Shown here one piece after another: positions 15,712-33,378 of a stretch of 64,000 nucleotides of DNA. Source of the stretch: Eledone cirrhosa (Eukaryota); NCBI GenBank assembly GCA_964016885.1, contig OZ024747.1, positions 16,616,001 through 16,680,000 of the forward strand, given 5' to 3'. Made by a program: the position numbers and the translations under genes. Numbering within the stretch: position 1 is the stretch's first letter; each line of letters starts with the position of its first letter. Under the pieces are notes generated by a model that was not told where the DNA came from, did not search any database, and saw only the letters and a program-made list of their open reading frames with translations.

Positions 15712-15712
<1 letters not shown>
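12786..15712 (-). mobile_element. Penelope-like retroelement 1: 5'-truncated and decayed, with long AT-rich 3' region, 3' HHR and an inverted copy of its 3' end at the 5' junction
   Basis: RT motifs FDITMGSSDAAQVTILVGL...GLYRDD (15426-15640), NFLDVTLNL and RNILWFASPF. Linker CNCRNKSNCPL and GIY-YIG C-terminus WNIISKA...CDHCIEE...LNLRNNLFSCCRH (14400-14582). 12786-12848 is the reverse complement of 15650-15712. Confidence 0.85.
12830..12890 (-). ncRNA. Hammerhead motif near the 3' end of PLE 1
   Basis: Minus strand: ttttat-CTGATGA-aagcac...gtgtcctt-GAAA-tatgta-TA-atgaaa, followed by aataaa. PLE terminal repeats are known to carry HHRs. Confidence 0.6.
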
Positions 15713-15742
<30 letters not shown>

Positions 15743-15798
15743 TGATTTGTTGGAAATTATTTACAACAAATTGATTTCCAACAAATAAAATATCTCTT

Positions 15799-15828
<30 letters not shown>

Positions 15829-15834
<6 letters not shown>

Positions 15835-16165
15835 GGAAAAAATGAAACGAAATTTCATTTCTCACTCTTAGTACGGCTGTTACTTAAATACACGTACATA
15901 CATATATGTATACAGACGTACAGTAGTATGTATGTATACATACATGCACATATATATATATATATGTACGTATGGATTCACCGAACATTTATTATAATGC
16001 TCGGTGTGTTTGTAAACAAACATGCCCAATTAAGCCGTACAGTGTTGAACAAATGAGCAACGATGGTTGCTAGACACTGTACGGCTTAATTCGGGATGTT
16101 TGTTTACAAACACACCGAGGATTATAATAAATGTTCGGTGAATCTATACGTACATATATGTGTGC

Positions 16166-16204
<39 letters not shown>

Positions 16205-16255
16205 CTACTGCACGTCTGTATACATATATGTATGTACGTGTACATACTTATATAT
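15829..16255. mobile_element. Family A repeat, fold-back (head-to-head) copy lacking the HHR
   Basis: 15829-16045 matches the family A unit on +, and 16040-16255 matches it on -. The switch occurs at the unit's internal inverted repeat cagtgt/acactg. Confidence 0.85.
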
Positions 16256-16409
16256 ATACAGGAAAATGTGCACTAGCAGCCGTAGAGTATGGCCAGATTA
16301 TATCAGCACAAATCCAGAAAATCCAGAGAATGTCCCTGTAATTTGAAGAATTATGGGTTTATATACCCATGAAATACATATTTCGTTGTGGTTGATTAAA
16401 AGATGTACC

Positions 16410-16456
16410 CGCCTTCCGATGAGGATCCAATAAGATCTGAAAATCAATTAAAAGCG
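16410..16456 (+). ncRNA. Degenerate type I hammerhead motif
   Basis: cgcctt-CCGATGA-ggatc caataa gatct-GAAA-atcaat-TA-aaagcg, with U4>C in the core. Confidence 0.5.
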
Positions 16457-16779
16457 TTTTTCATAATTTTCAATTTACTACTAAATTCGTATTTTCTAGC
16501 ATGTTCAGATGCCTAGATATGATATTTGTGTATTTATTTATTCACATTCTTGCTGCCTTGATTATACTCTATGTCATCAAACAGATATATAACTATACAT
16601 ATCTATATATATAAGTGTATATGTATGTGTGTTTGTATGTGGCTGTAGTCACCTGCATTTCAAGCTACCTGTTAATTGGCAATTTTCTAGTAAGTATATA
16701 TTTCTTATTTACCTGATATAAATATGTATTTCATTTATTGTATTATATCTAATTAAAATCTTACTTTTCTCTAGAATTA

Positions 16780-17260
16780 CCATATTGCTTTTATGACCCA
16801 CACATGTAGACACTTCGGTTACGATCATACATATTCTTTCAATTATATGTTGGGTGTTTTGGCTACTGACACAGTTGTACAAACTTAATCTTTTCATTGG
16901 TTAACTATTCCATAAGTCCGAGCAACTCTATCAACATTCTTGTATCCATTACTTCTTCCGCCGTTCTGTATATATTTTGCGTTATGGGGGAGCGTTCCAG
17001 AATATTTAGAGAAGTGTTCTCACAGTGTTATGAAACAATTTTACCTATTCATATTTAGCTTTCATTATGTCTCCCAAACCTGCCAGTCTCGTTCCATTAT
17101 CACTTTATAGTTTAAGATAAAATCTTAGAAATAATAACCAACGCTCCTATCACTTTTTTCACCCACTTTTCCTCGATCGTTCACATATTTCTCTCAATTA
17201 ACGGCCCATCTGATATACCTTATTTTTAAAATTTTGAAATAACGCTCGAACGAAGTAGAA
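16780..17260 (-). pseudogene. Possible highly decayed pogo/Tigger-like transposase remnant
   Basis: Scattered peptide pieces (DGPLI, SVG, FWNAPP) occur in Tigger-like order across frameshifts. Judged by eye only. Confidence 0.25.
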
Positions 17261-19292
17261 AAGTATTAAGAAGAGTAGAGGATTAATATGAACCGAAACT
17301 GTTCACAAATGTATGTAAAGATCTTTCAAACAATACTTACGCATTAATATATATTTCCATATATGCTATCCTCTATACCTGAAGGGATATTTTTAGTGAG
17401 AAATGATGTAACTGAATAGGGTAACTAAATAAAATGAAATGTAGGAGAGAAAGATGCTAAATTATATAACAGAAATGAATTAACATTGCAAACTTATATC
17501 TTGTTCTTAGACAACTAAATAGAAAAATTACGTTAAAACAACAAATAGCTTGTTATATACATATGTATAGCAGGAGGCTTTATTGAATGATTTCCTTATA
17601 TTTGATGTTCTTGATGCAAAGGCCAGAGAATACTAGTAAGTGTATTTCATGTTTTATGCCTTCGAAACCCATTTACGAAATGAAGGAAGTCAAACAATTG
17701 ATGGGATATCCTTCGTCGGAGTTTTTCGTTTTGTTTGCTCTTGGTTAAAATAAATGATTTCGTGCAATGGAAAAGTAACAACATTGTTTGAGTAATGGAA
17801 TGTATTGATTGAATTACTTCCTTTACTACAAGTAAACTAATCTCTGATAATTTAGTGTGTTTATAGAATATAAATTGCTAGAGGAAAACTGCTTTCAAAT
17901 CAGGAGTAAAAGTGTCAGAAGTGCAATGTTTTGTTTTCTTTTTTCGTAAATGTATTTAGCTTATAAAGTTTTCATGTGAGTTTCTCATATATTATGATAC
18001 ATATATTCATGTATTTATTAATGCTTAGGAAGAATGATGCTTACCCATGGCCTATTGGTGTTACTCATACACAATTGTACACCCACCTGATGATGCTCAC
18101 GTAATAAATTTAAAAAAATTAGGTTTAGAGTTAGTGTAAAAATCACATGTTTATTTGTTAGTGAGATTCAGAGACAGGTATACATAATGCGTCATTAGAA
18201 GTGGATATGAGAAAATAGGATCACAATATCTGAGTGGAGATAACCACGGATAACAGAGGCCGACAAAGAAGGAATCAGACGAGCAAACACATGAGATATC
18301 AGGACAGTGAACAGCATGATGGTGTGTGTCAATAGCCGATATAATTCCACTCAGATGGAGGGCTTTTTTTCTTATGAAAGAGTGTTAAGTTGTTACTAAT
18401 CATAGAATATGTCTTGTCTCATACAGCTGAATAGCACGTGATTGTGGAAGAATGCCTGTCGGAAATCATTAAACATTGATTATACTTTATTTAGATTTGA
18501 AGTAATTTATCTTCACTTAAGAAAATATTTAGTATTTGTAATTTTGATAATACCATGTTGATTATGTGCGCACTTCAGAGGAGATTATCGTGAATGATGT
18601 CGCATGGTTTTTATAGACATATTTATTGTTCTTCTGGAATTATATTCATAGTTGGTGAGAAAGATATTGCTGTCTTCATATATGCAGTGAATATTTCATT
18701 TCCTCGGCTGAGACAAATTGTCATATTCACATCGGAAGCTATCATCACTATTTCATTCCATTGAATCAATGTTGATTAGATTGGCGTGTTTTGGTTGCTT
18801 ATGTTTAGGTTGAATCAGGATATGTTCAGCACAATAATAGGTACTTTTAAAAGTTAGGTAAATTGGGCAACTAGTGCATAGGAAAAAATGTGGGAATAAA
18901 AATAAAGGAAGACAATAAGTGAGATATTAGAAGGTATATTTGCATCTGAGTATAAGTGTCTAGATACTTAGGAGAATACCTTCTGTATATATACGTTTGA
19001 GATGAGTTTAGGATGGAAATCAAGAAGACTTCAATGTACAATAGGGTGATACAATTTAGGCCACATGTATCTTATTATACAAAAGACAAATACAATTTAA
19101 GCTTCAATTTGCGTGTGGCACCGAAGATAAATGTAAAGGAATAACAAAAGAAAGTACAGGTGTATACAAATATTAATAATCTAATGGCGTATGAAAAGAA
19201 TAGAGGCTCCATTTAATGTTTGAACACAAATAGTTTACAAAATTCACAGACACACACTCACGCGACACAGGTATATGCATATATATATATTC

Positions 19293-19820
19293 ATAAATGG
19301 AATAGAATGAAAAGAAATTTAATTTCTCACTCTTAGTACAGCACTTACTTAAATGCAATTTTGTATGTATACATACATGTATGTATACAGACGTACAGTA
19401 GTATGTATACAGACGTACAGTAGTATGTATATATATACATACATGCACACACATATATATATGCACGTATCGGTTTACCGGACATTTATTATAATGCTCG
19501 GTTTGTTTGTTTGTGAACAAACAAACAGCCCGAATTACGCCGTACAGTGTTCAGGCAACCACGTCACCCTTTTGTTCAACACTGACACAGGAACGATGTG
19601 CTAGTTTCAAGCTTATTAGCTATCGTCAGCATCGTATACCTTCCTGCCAGATGGTTGAACGCCTGAAAGTATATACATTCCTTATGCATATTAACGGCTG
19701 AGCAGCCTAATTTGCATATCGAGTGAGTTCAGTGGGCTGGCCGCACCGAAAACGATAAATGGAATAGAATGAAACGAAATGTCATTTCTCACTCTTAGTA
19801 CAGCACTTACTTAAATGCAA
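19293..19820 (-). mobile_element. Family A HHR repeat: one 462-bp unit plus ~65-bp partial tandem
   Basis: The unit boundary ataaatggaatagaatgaaa occurs at 19293 and again at 19755. Colinear with 20580-21041 and 56325-56733. Confidence 0.9.
19593..19635 (-). ncRNA. Minimal type I hammerhead (family A), cleavage triplet mutated to GCA
   Basis: acgatg-CTGACGA-t agct aata agct t-GAAA-ctag-CA-catcgt, with a perfect 6-bp stem I. Confidence 0.8.
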
Positions 19821-19825
19821 GTATT

Positions 19826-20119
19826 TAGGAATATAATTCACTCATTTAGGATCGTTTCTAGGTGATAATAATACATGGTACGCATATTTCGTTATCGATC
19901 TATGTAAGGTTAGTTAACAAATATAAAATAAGGAATATATTTACCTACGTGTATATCGTCACTCGTTGATTTGCATTTGACAACGGCTCACGATATACAC
20001 GTAGGTAAATATATTCCTTATTTGATATTTTTAACTAACTTTACATAGATCGATAACGAAATATGCGTATGTATTAGTATCACCTAGAAACGATCGTAAA
20101 GCAGTGAAGTATATTCCTA
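19826..20119. repeat. ~294-bp imperfect palindrome (arms ~135 bp), MITE-like or fold-back element
   Basis: taggaatata...tttacctacgtgtatatcgt, then a ~30-nt loop, then acgatatacacgtaggtaaa...tatattccta. Confidence 0.9.
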
Positions 20120-20325
20120 ATGACTGAATTTATATTTCATTGTTTTAAATTATATCATGACTCTGTTTACTTTTTGATGTTTTATTGTTTTTCGTGATGT
20201 ATTTTAACCTACAACATTTTCATCATATGGATTACATTGAATTCTTCATGCAGACTAGACCCCACAACTAACCGTGGATATTTCTCTGTATATTTATATA
20301 TATGCATATACATGTATATACGTAC

Positions 20326-20371
<46 letters not shown>

Positions 20372-20375
<4 letters not shown>

Positions 20376-20447
20376 CGAAAAATCAGTGATGCACCAATTG
20401 TAACACACAATGAATTGAGTTCAGATACATCACTGGTTTTTCGTTTT
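20372..20447. repeat. 20-bp inverted repeat abutting (TA)n
   Basis: aaaacgaaaaatcagtgatg ... catcactggtttttcgtttt, with one mismatch. Confidence 0.7.
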
Positions 20448-20686
20448 ATTTTATATCATACTCTGCTCTGTAAGAACATAGAGTGCTCAACCGGCATACC
20501 GCCTATGGAAGCATCTTAGCTACCATCATACACACACACACACACACACACACTCACACACTCATATACATATATATATATAAACGGAAAAAATGAAGCG
20601 AAATTTCATTTCTCACTCTTAGTACGGCTGTTACTTAAATATAAGTATGTATACGTACATACATATATGTATACAGACGTACAGTA

Positions 20687-20753
<67 letters not shown>

Positions 20754-20880
20754 TATGTGTACGTATGGATTCACCGAACATTTATTATAATGCTCGGTCT
20801 GTTTGTAAACGAACATCCCGAATTAAGCCGTACAGTGTCTAGCAACCATCGTTGCTCATTTGTTCAACACTGACAAAGGA

Positions 20881-20923
20881 ACGCTGTACTAGTTTCAAGC
20901 TTATTAGCTATCGTCAGCAACGT
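20881..20923 (-). ncRNA. Minimal type I hammerhead ribozyme (family A), intact core
   Basis: acgttg-CTGACGA-t agct aata agct t-GAAA-ctag-TA-cagcgt. It has a 6-bp stem I, 4-bp stem II, palindromic ACTAGT stem III and a GUA cleavage triplet. Confidence 0.88.
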
Positions 20924-21149
20924 ATACCTTCTTGCCAAATGGTTGAACGTCTGAAAGTATATGTTTTCCTTATTCATATTAACGGCTGAGCAGCCTAATT
21001 TGCATATCTAGTGAGTTAATCGGCCGGGGGTACCGAAAGCGATAAACGGAAAAAATGAAACGAAATTTCATTTCCCACTCTTAGTACGGCTGTTACTTAA
21101 ATATAAGTATGTATACGTACATACATATATGTCTACAGACGTACAGTAG

Positions 21150-26285
<5,136 letters not shown>

Positions 26286-26359
26286 CATATACATACATGC
26301 ACACATATATATATATGTACGTATGGATTCACCGAACATTTATTATAATGCTCGTTTCA

Positions 26360-26712
26360 TTTTTTCCTATGGCGTCACGCAGTAACTACAGAGTACCCGA
26401 CCTACCATGGGTACAAGCTGAAGCATATAGACAATATCCCCCCCCCCACACTGTAAGGTGGTCGTGGAGGTGCCACGGCAAAAAAGCACCCAGCCCACAC
26501 TGTAAAGTGGACGTGTAGGCGCCACGAAAAAAGCACCCAGCACTCACTGTAAATGAGGTTGCTGTTAGGAAGCGCATCCAGCTGTGGAAATCAAGCCAAA
26601 TCAGTTCCTGTATGAGCAAGGCATGGTCAGCCGACCAGACACTGCCCACAACAGGACAACCCGTCTAACCCATGCTAGCGTGGAAGAACGGACGTAAAAC
26701 GATGATAATGAT
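26360..26712 (+). mobile_element. 3' part of a second cephalopod SINE family with (GAT)n-like tail and internal tandem subrepeats
   Basis: gttaggaagcgcatccagctgtggaaa...aacccatgctagcgtggaagaacggacgtaaaacgatgataatga. The block aaaaaagcacccagc..cactgtaaa occurs twice. Confidence 0.7.
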
Positions 26713-26750
26713 ATATATATATATATATATATAAATATATATATATATAC

Positions 26751-26786
<36 letters not shown>

Positions 26787-26787
26787 C

Positions 26788-26863
<76 letters not shown>

Positions 26864-26939
26864 TTATGTATATATATATGTGTATATGTATATATATACA
26901 CATACACACTCAAGATATATACATATATATATAACCATT

Positions 26940-27140
26940 ATTATCTATCGGATTGGCAGTATCGGTAGAGGATCGAACACCATGCTTTGACGCATAGAGT
27001 TATGGCCCTTGCCATTCTGAGTTCAAATCCCGCCGAGGTTAATTTTGCCTTTCATCCTTACGGGGTCGATAAAATAAAGTACCAGTAATTCACTGGGATA
27101 ATTGCTCTCCTTATGCCAAAAGTAGAAACAATTATCTATC
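26940..27140 (+). mobile_element. Near full-length tRNA-derived SINE with 10-bp TSD
   Basis: A-box-like tggcagtatcgg, B-box gagttcaaatcc, central ttgcctttcatccttacggggtcgataaaataaagtaccagt. TSD attatctatc at 26940-26949 and 27131-27140. Confidence 0.9.
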
Positions 27141-27519
27141 AACTGATGCATATTTCATAACTAAGTTCGTCTTTAAGATGATTTTAATTCTCTGAAACAG
27201 CATTAATTTATGAGTAAATCCTAAAAGAGAAAAAATAGTAGAAAACAAATCTCTATAAATTTCAAACTCTATTAGTTCACGTAAAAGTAAAAGTGGATTT
27301 CATTCGATGCTTCCGCTTTTCTAGTATTTGGAAAATGTTTCACTGATTTTGATGAATTATATCTTCTAAACGATGTATTTAAGAAGAAATATCGTACTAT
27401 ATATGAAAAAATATTAATGGCTGTTTTCTAATACATCACTTGAAGCTGGAGGGTTTAATGGTTCAGTAGAATATTAAGATACGACTTCAACATAAACGGT
27501 TATTATTATTATTATTATC

Positions 27520-30500
27520 ATTTTTATTTTCTTTGATTATTGTTTCTGAGATATATGCCGAGTGTCTTCCTGACACCGAGGGCAAATAAATTCACATTGT
27601 GCATTGGTAATGCAGTTAATACACATTTCCTTAGTATACGGGCAGTTCCCATTAGTACTATCATTTGTATTTCCCCTATACACGGGTTTCCTTGGATTTG
27701 CGATAAGTAATCATTAGAGCCCTTAGGTATCATTCCTAAAGCGCCTACAACCACTGGTATTGTTTCAGTTCTCAATTTCCACATTTTTCCAATTTCTATC
27801 TCCAGGTCTTTATACTTGCTCAATTTTTATAGATCTATATTGGAACGGACATACCCTCTTTTTAAACTCCTTCAGTATTATATCAGGTGTATTTGCATCT
27901 ATGTTTCGGTCTGTTTGGATGCTAAAGTTCTACAAGATTGAGATGTGATTTTTTTCAAGTACGGAGGTGGTTGATGTTCCCACCAATTCCTTTGATTGGG
28001 CAGGTCAAAATGCTTACACATTATCGAATGTATGTATTGTGAAGCTCTGTCGTGCCTGTTTAGGTATTCGGGTGGAGCTATAGGACTGCACATTGAAATT
28101 ATATGGTCAATAGTCTCTGGTTGTTTTTTACATACACGGCATAATGGGTTGCATCCGTTTTTTTATTATGTTGGCTTGGTAATTTTTGTTGGCAGACACT
28201 GATCTTGTGCTGATATAATTAGTCCTTCAGTCTCCGATTTCAGTCCAGAGAATGCCAACCACTGATGGGTTAACGTTTTGTCAACATCAGGATTGTGAGA
28301 TCTTTCTGGGTATTTTCCATACAGAGGCTTTTCTTACCATTTCTTATCCAGTTTCTGTAGCAGTTCTTTCTTTGCAGTTAGTTTTACCTGCTTTACTTTT
28401 TCTTTTTTTCATTTCAGCAGTAAATGGAACTTCTGAGATGCGTAGACCATTACTGTATCTTTGTGCATCTTTTGTAATGGAATATGATCTTTTGATGCTT
28501 TCGTGTTTCAAAACGAGTTTGATCATCCAATCATGTGATTCCTTTAGATATGTAGATAATCCAATTGTTGCAGTTTTCAACGCAATATCTAACTGGATTA
28601 ACCCACGTCCTCCTGATTTCCTAGGGAGATATATAGAGATATATTCTATCTGTATCTGCCTTAGGGTGATGCATTCTGTGCATGGTTAAGCATTTTCTAA
28701 TTTTTGTATCGAGCCTACGGATCTCTGTGCTTGCCCACTTGATGACATTGTAACTGTAGGTTACTACTGGTATGGCAAGCGTGTTTATAGCATCGATCCT
28801 ATTCCTTGCATTCAATTCCGTTCTTAAGATTGCTCTTACTCTTCGGTAACATTCCATCCTTATCCTTTCCCTCATTGTCGAGTGCTTGATTCCGTCTCCT
28901 TCACAAAGACTAGATATTTGTAAGTTTCCTCTTGTTCAAGTTCTCTTATCACATTCCCGCGATCAAGATTAATGTCTGAACTTTTCAGCAGCTTTCTTCT
29001 AGAAACGTTGCTTTGGCGCATTTATTTTGTCTAAACTCCATTTTAATGTCATCACGGTGCAATTGTTCATCATTTTTTGCAAATAGTTTCAGGGCATCCA
29101 TGTAGAACAAGTGATTAATGAGTTTGTCATAGACTTTATATCCATGTTTTCATTGAGCATTTTACCTAATGGTATAAGTGCGATACAGAATAAAAGCGGT
29201 GATAAAGAGTCACCCTGAAAAATTCCACAATTAATATTAACTTCTCCAGCTTCCAGTGTTTTTTTTTCACTATTCAAAAGGAATGTCGTTTTCCAGGTCT
29301 TAATACTGAATGACAAGAACCTCCTGACAACGGGAGATATTTTGAAAATCTCTAAACATTTTTCAATCCAACTGTGTGGCAAACTATCGAATGCTTTTTT
29401 TTAAATATCCAAGCAATTCATAGATTTTTGTGTCTATTATTACAATCTTCCAGTACCATTTTATTAACCAAAAGCTGATCTTTACAGCCATATGAGCCTC
29501 GTTTACACCCTTTCTGCTCAATGGGAAATAGATCATTTGTTATCAGATGATCATATGTATATTCAGTTAGGAGTGATGTTAAAATTTATACATTGTGGTC
29601 AAGCAAGTTATCGGTCTGTAATTTTGGGGATTTTTTGTCTCATCATTCTTCTGTATTTTGTCTTTTACTGGGTAATTCAATTTGCTGGTTTTTCTAAGAG
29701 CCAAACGCAACTATTTATCTGTTATATTTTCCCATGTTTGTTCCTCGAGGTGAGCTGTATCTTTCATTTGTATGTCTGTCTATCCATGGGGCATGCATAT
29801 TATGAACTTTTTCTTTGGCCCAGATCTTGTCGCAGAATTCTTGCACTTGGGTGGTATTGATTTAGCAGTTATTATTGACTTGCGAATTTTTCTGTAGAAG
29901 TTTCATTGGTTGTTTTTGAACATGTTATTGTCCTTATCGAATCTAGATCGTTTTTCAAAGCGCCTTATACGAGCAGCTTTGGCCGACACTTTTTGCTTGA
30001 TTATTTCTATCAGTATGTCTATGTCACTTGTTGATTTTATACTGTATTTTTTCTTTTTAATTTTCTAAGTTTAGTTTGTTTAACATGTACACCTACTTTG
30101 TAGTTTGTTAACATTTCCATGTTAGATCGGAGAAGTTTTATTTGGCGATTGACGTTCTCTTGCCAAGTAGGTTTCTTGTTGGAATTCCTTTGTTTATCAT
30201 TTACGATCTCATTGTTTTCATTTCGAGTTTCATCTTGACGATGCACTCCCTCCACTTTTTCGATCCTTTCTTTAATTTGTTCTGCTGTCACTGATTGCGC
30301 CCCAACCCAGGGATTCGAAGTGTTACAATTTACCTCGTTTTCACTGACACATGTTTCATTTTCCCTTCGCTGACTTTGTGCTAATTGCTTGATCTGATCT
30401 ATTTCTATATCAGTTAGTAACTTTTTTTTAACAATATTTCTTCGTATGTTGGCTAGTATGTTACTGTTAATATAGCCTCTGTTTTCGGGATGTTTCTTTT

Positions 30501-30960
30501 CCAGTTGATATATGTCTGTTCTGTATTCGATCTATTTGATGGGTAGTACATGGCAGTGTAGAAAGCCTCAAGGACTTCTTTATTGTCTTCCATTGACCAT
30601 CTTTCTCTCTTTTTCTTTGAATTTCTTGGTGGTGAGTATGGAGGGCCAACAGTAGTAGTATTCCGGTTATGGGAGGTCTCCAGCTCCGAATTGATGCAAA
30701 GGTTTGAACCATCAGCTGATTTTTCGACCCCAGTCTGGTTCCTCTCTGAGGGACGCGGCCATTTTTGACCCGCGTGACGGCCGATCCGGTATGAGATTTT
30801 ATCATTTGACATTGACTCTATTTTGTTGCGTTTTATCCTTAACCGCCAAGGGACAATCATTTCGTGTTACCACTCCTAGGACGAGTGTCAACCAAGACCG
30901 GTCGCCATCCCGGCATTTCTTGGTCACGGGGTTTTCTTTTTTTTTTTTTTAAATTGTTAT
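27520..30960 (-). mobile_element. R4/Dong-type non-LTR retrotransposon (RT + CCHC + restriction-like endonuclease), near full length, many frameshifts, internal deletion likely
   Basis: N-terminal RERWSMEDNKEVLEAFY. RT PHSWIEKCL...GIFQGDSLSPLLFCIAL. ELNARNRIDAINTLAIPVVTYS. Zn knuckle ending HIISMCSPIAPPEYLNRHD. RLE tail KYKDLEIEIGKMWK...IPVVVGALG. (TAA)n at the 3' flank 27500-27518. Confidence 0.9.
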
Positions 30961-31929
30961 CATGAGTGGTTCCATAATGTGAGCACTGCGTAGTTTAAGA
31001 ATGGAATTATTATTAATAATATAATATACTTTTTGTTGAAGTTGCCTGTTGTTGTTGTTGGCTATGTCGGTGGTGGTGCTGGTTTTTTTTCTATTGTTGG
31101 TGGGGAAGGGAGGAGCCAGCAGTGCCATAGTCGTTGACGTTTGACCGAGTCACTAAGTCAGTCTATTTATATATTTTGCTAGCCTCTCACTTGTCTAATG
31201 CTACCGCCACCTTCCCCTTTCTTAAGTTAACAGAAGGTAGTGGGGGAATAGTGGTGGTAGCAATGAAGGAGTGGTGGTGGCGGTGATAGGATAGTGGTAG
31301 CAATGATGGAGTGATGGTGGCGGTGACTGTAGTGATGGCATTGTCGTTACTGAGTTCTGTTGAATAGACTGTAGCTAGTATGCGTGTGTTTGATCTATAT
31401 ATCTATGCGGTTTGTCCCTTATGTTTAATATATATGTTGACATATTTCCTTAATATTTGAATTAAACATTTTAAGAAAACTTGAGATCCAATAATATTAA
31501 TTATTATTATGCTGGGTTTGGTGGTGGTGGTGGTGAAATTGCCGTTATCTGGCTGTTGTATGTAGTGTACACAGAGGAGTGGTGGGATAGGTGGTGTATC
31601 TAGGTTGTGGCGGTGGTGAAATTGCTGTTATTTGGGTATTCTATATAGTGTAGACAGAGAGGGTTTTCTTCCATTTATAGCAATTTTCTTTTTTTAATAT
31701 AAATTGTATAATACAAATTTGAATATTTGAGCGATATTACAGGATCATATGGGTACTCATTTCCTGAGAGCGAAGCCTGGTGCCTTATGTATCATTTGTA
31801 CTAAGAATTGTTATATCATAATTGTTTTAAATATGTTAAAAATGAATAACTTACGGGACCGATTCCATAACACTCAATCCATCGCGTGCGTCTTCCTCCC
31901 TTATTATTATTATTATTATTATTATTATT

Positions 31930-32903
31930 GTTCTTTGAGTCTCAGTCATGGATGTTATATAACTGGAAAGTTTGTTGAAATGAATATCAAGCCGCTACAT
32001 GCAGCCTCAGATATTCAGCACAAATCGGAGGGTTCTTGCTGTTCCCAGCAAAACATGCCTTTTGAAGTGTTCCAAAAAGAGGGGCTGGACTAATTTTCTT
32101 TAACCATCCTTGGAAACTCTTTGAGATAGTACCTAGTGCGCCTATGACAATCGGGACGACTCTGACTTGATGGCAGTTCCAAATTCTTTTTACCTCCCAC
32201 TTTAAGTCCTGGTATCGGTTAATTTTCTCCTTCTCCTTTTTTGCACTCTCGTGCCTACTGTGCAGGCTACATCTACAATCAGGCATGATCTTTTTTCCTT
32301 GTCCCAAACCACCAGGTCAGGCCTATTGTGTTCCAGTTTCTTGTCCGTCCGTATCCTAAAATTCCACAGCACCTTCACCTGATCGTTTTCTATCACAGAC
32401 TCTGGCTTATGCTCATACCACTCCTCGGAATGCGGTAAATTATTTACTTTGCATAGGTGCCAGTGGATCACCCTTCCCATCACATCATCTCTCCAGCCTT
32501 TATAGTGAGTCTGGGCTAGGTGTTTACACTCGGATACAATGTGTGCCACAGTCTCCTCTCTCTCTCCACATATCCTACACAGTGGGCTAGCCTGCTCCTT
32601 GTAAATATGATGTTTCACCCACTTCGTTCTGAGGGCCTACTCTTGCACAGCCATTAGCATTCCTTCTGTAGCCTTTTTAAGGTCTTCTCTTTGTAACCAG
32701 TTCCATGTCTGTGGATCTCTGAATTTAGTTTTCTCAAAGACAGTACTATGAAGGGATTTTTCATGAAGGTTTCTTTTCCGCCTTGATGTTATTTCCTCCT
32801 TGGACATTCCCTGGTCTATTGCCCTCTCCTTCAGTACAATTCTGAGCATTGGCTCCCTACTGTCAGTCACGTATTTGTGTAGGATGTTTTTCTCCATCTG
32901 AAC
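31930..32903 (-). mobile_element. Second, divergent R4/Dong-type LINE, 5'-truncated 3' fragment
   Basis: CRICGEREETVAHIVSEC, HNRPDLVVWDKEKRSCLIVDVAC and RYQDLKWEVKRIW...VVPIVIGALG. (TAA)n at 31901-31929 and TTA-rich sequence at the other junction. Confidence 0.9.
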
Positions 32904-32906
32904 ATT

Positions 32907-32987
32907 ATTATTAATATTAGTAAGTACCAGTAATGCACTGGGTAATTGCTGGCCTTGTGCCTAAAGTAGAAACAATTATTAATATTA
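32907..32987 (+). mobile_element. Short 3' SINE fragment with 13-bp TSD
   Basis: taagtaccagtaatgcactgggtaattgctggccttgtgcctaaagtagaaaca. TSD attattaatatta at 32907-32919 and 32975-32987. Confidence 0.85.
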
Positions 32988-33112
32988 TTATTATTATAAC
33001 TATTATTATTATATTCATTATTATTAGTGTTAGTATATAAGAGATAGCGACTTATCTATTCTTTATGCTTACGCAAATGCACACAAATCTAATGAATATA
33101 TATATATATATG

Positions 33113-33149
<37 letters not shown>

Positions 33150-33332
33150 GTCAATAACCCATGTACGTCAATACCCATCTTTTTCCATTTCTCCGAGGGT
33201 TCTTAACTCCACTATCAGGCTAAATAATTTCTTTAATTTCTTTAGTCAAAATACGGCGATAGCTTACATATCTAATAATTTCAAACCCACAGGCCGTTTA
33301 GAAAATATTCTTACTTTCGAAAATCTTCTTAC

Positions 33333-33378
<46 letters not shown>

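Noticed and set aside
26950-27035. tRNA gene (A and B boxes), likewise 35920-35999
   Set aside because: These are SINE heads with no cloverleaf, and they continue into SINE bodies.
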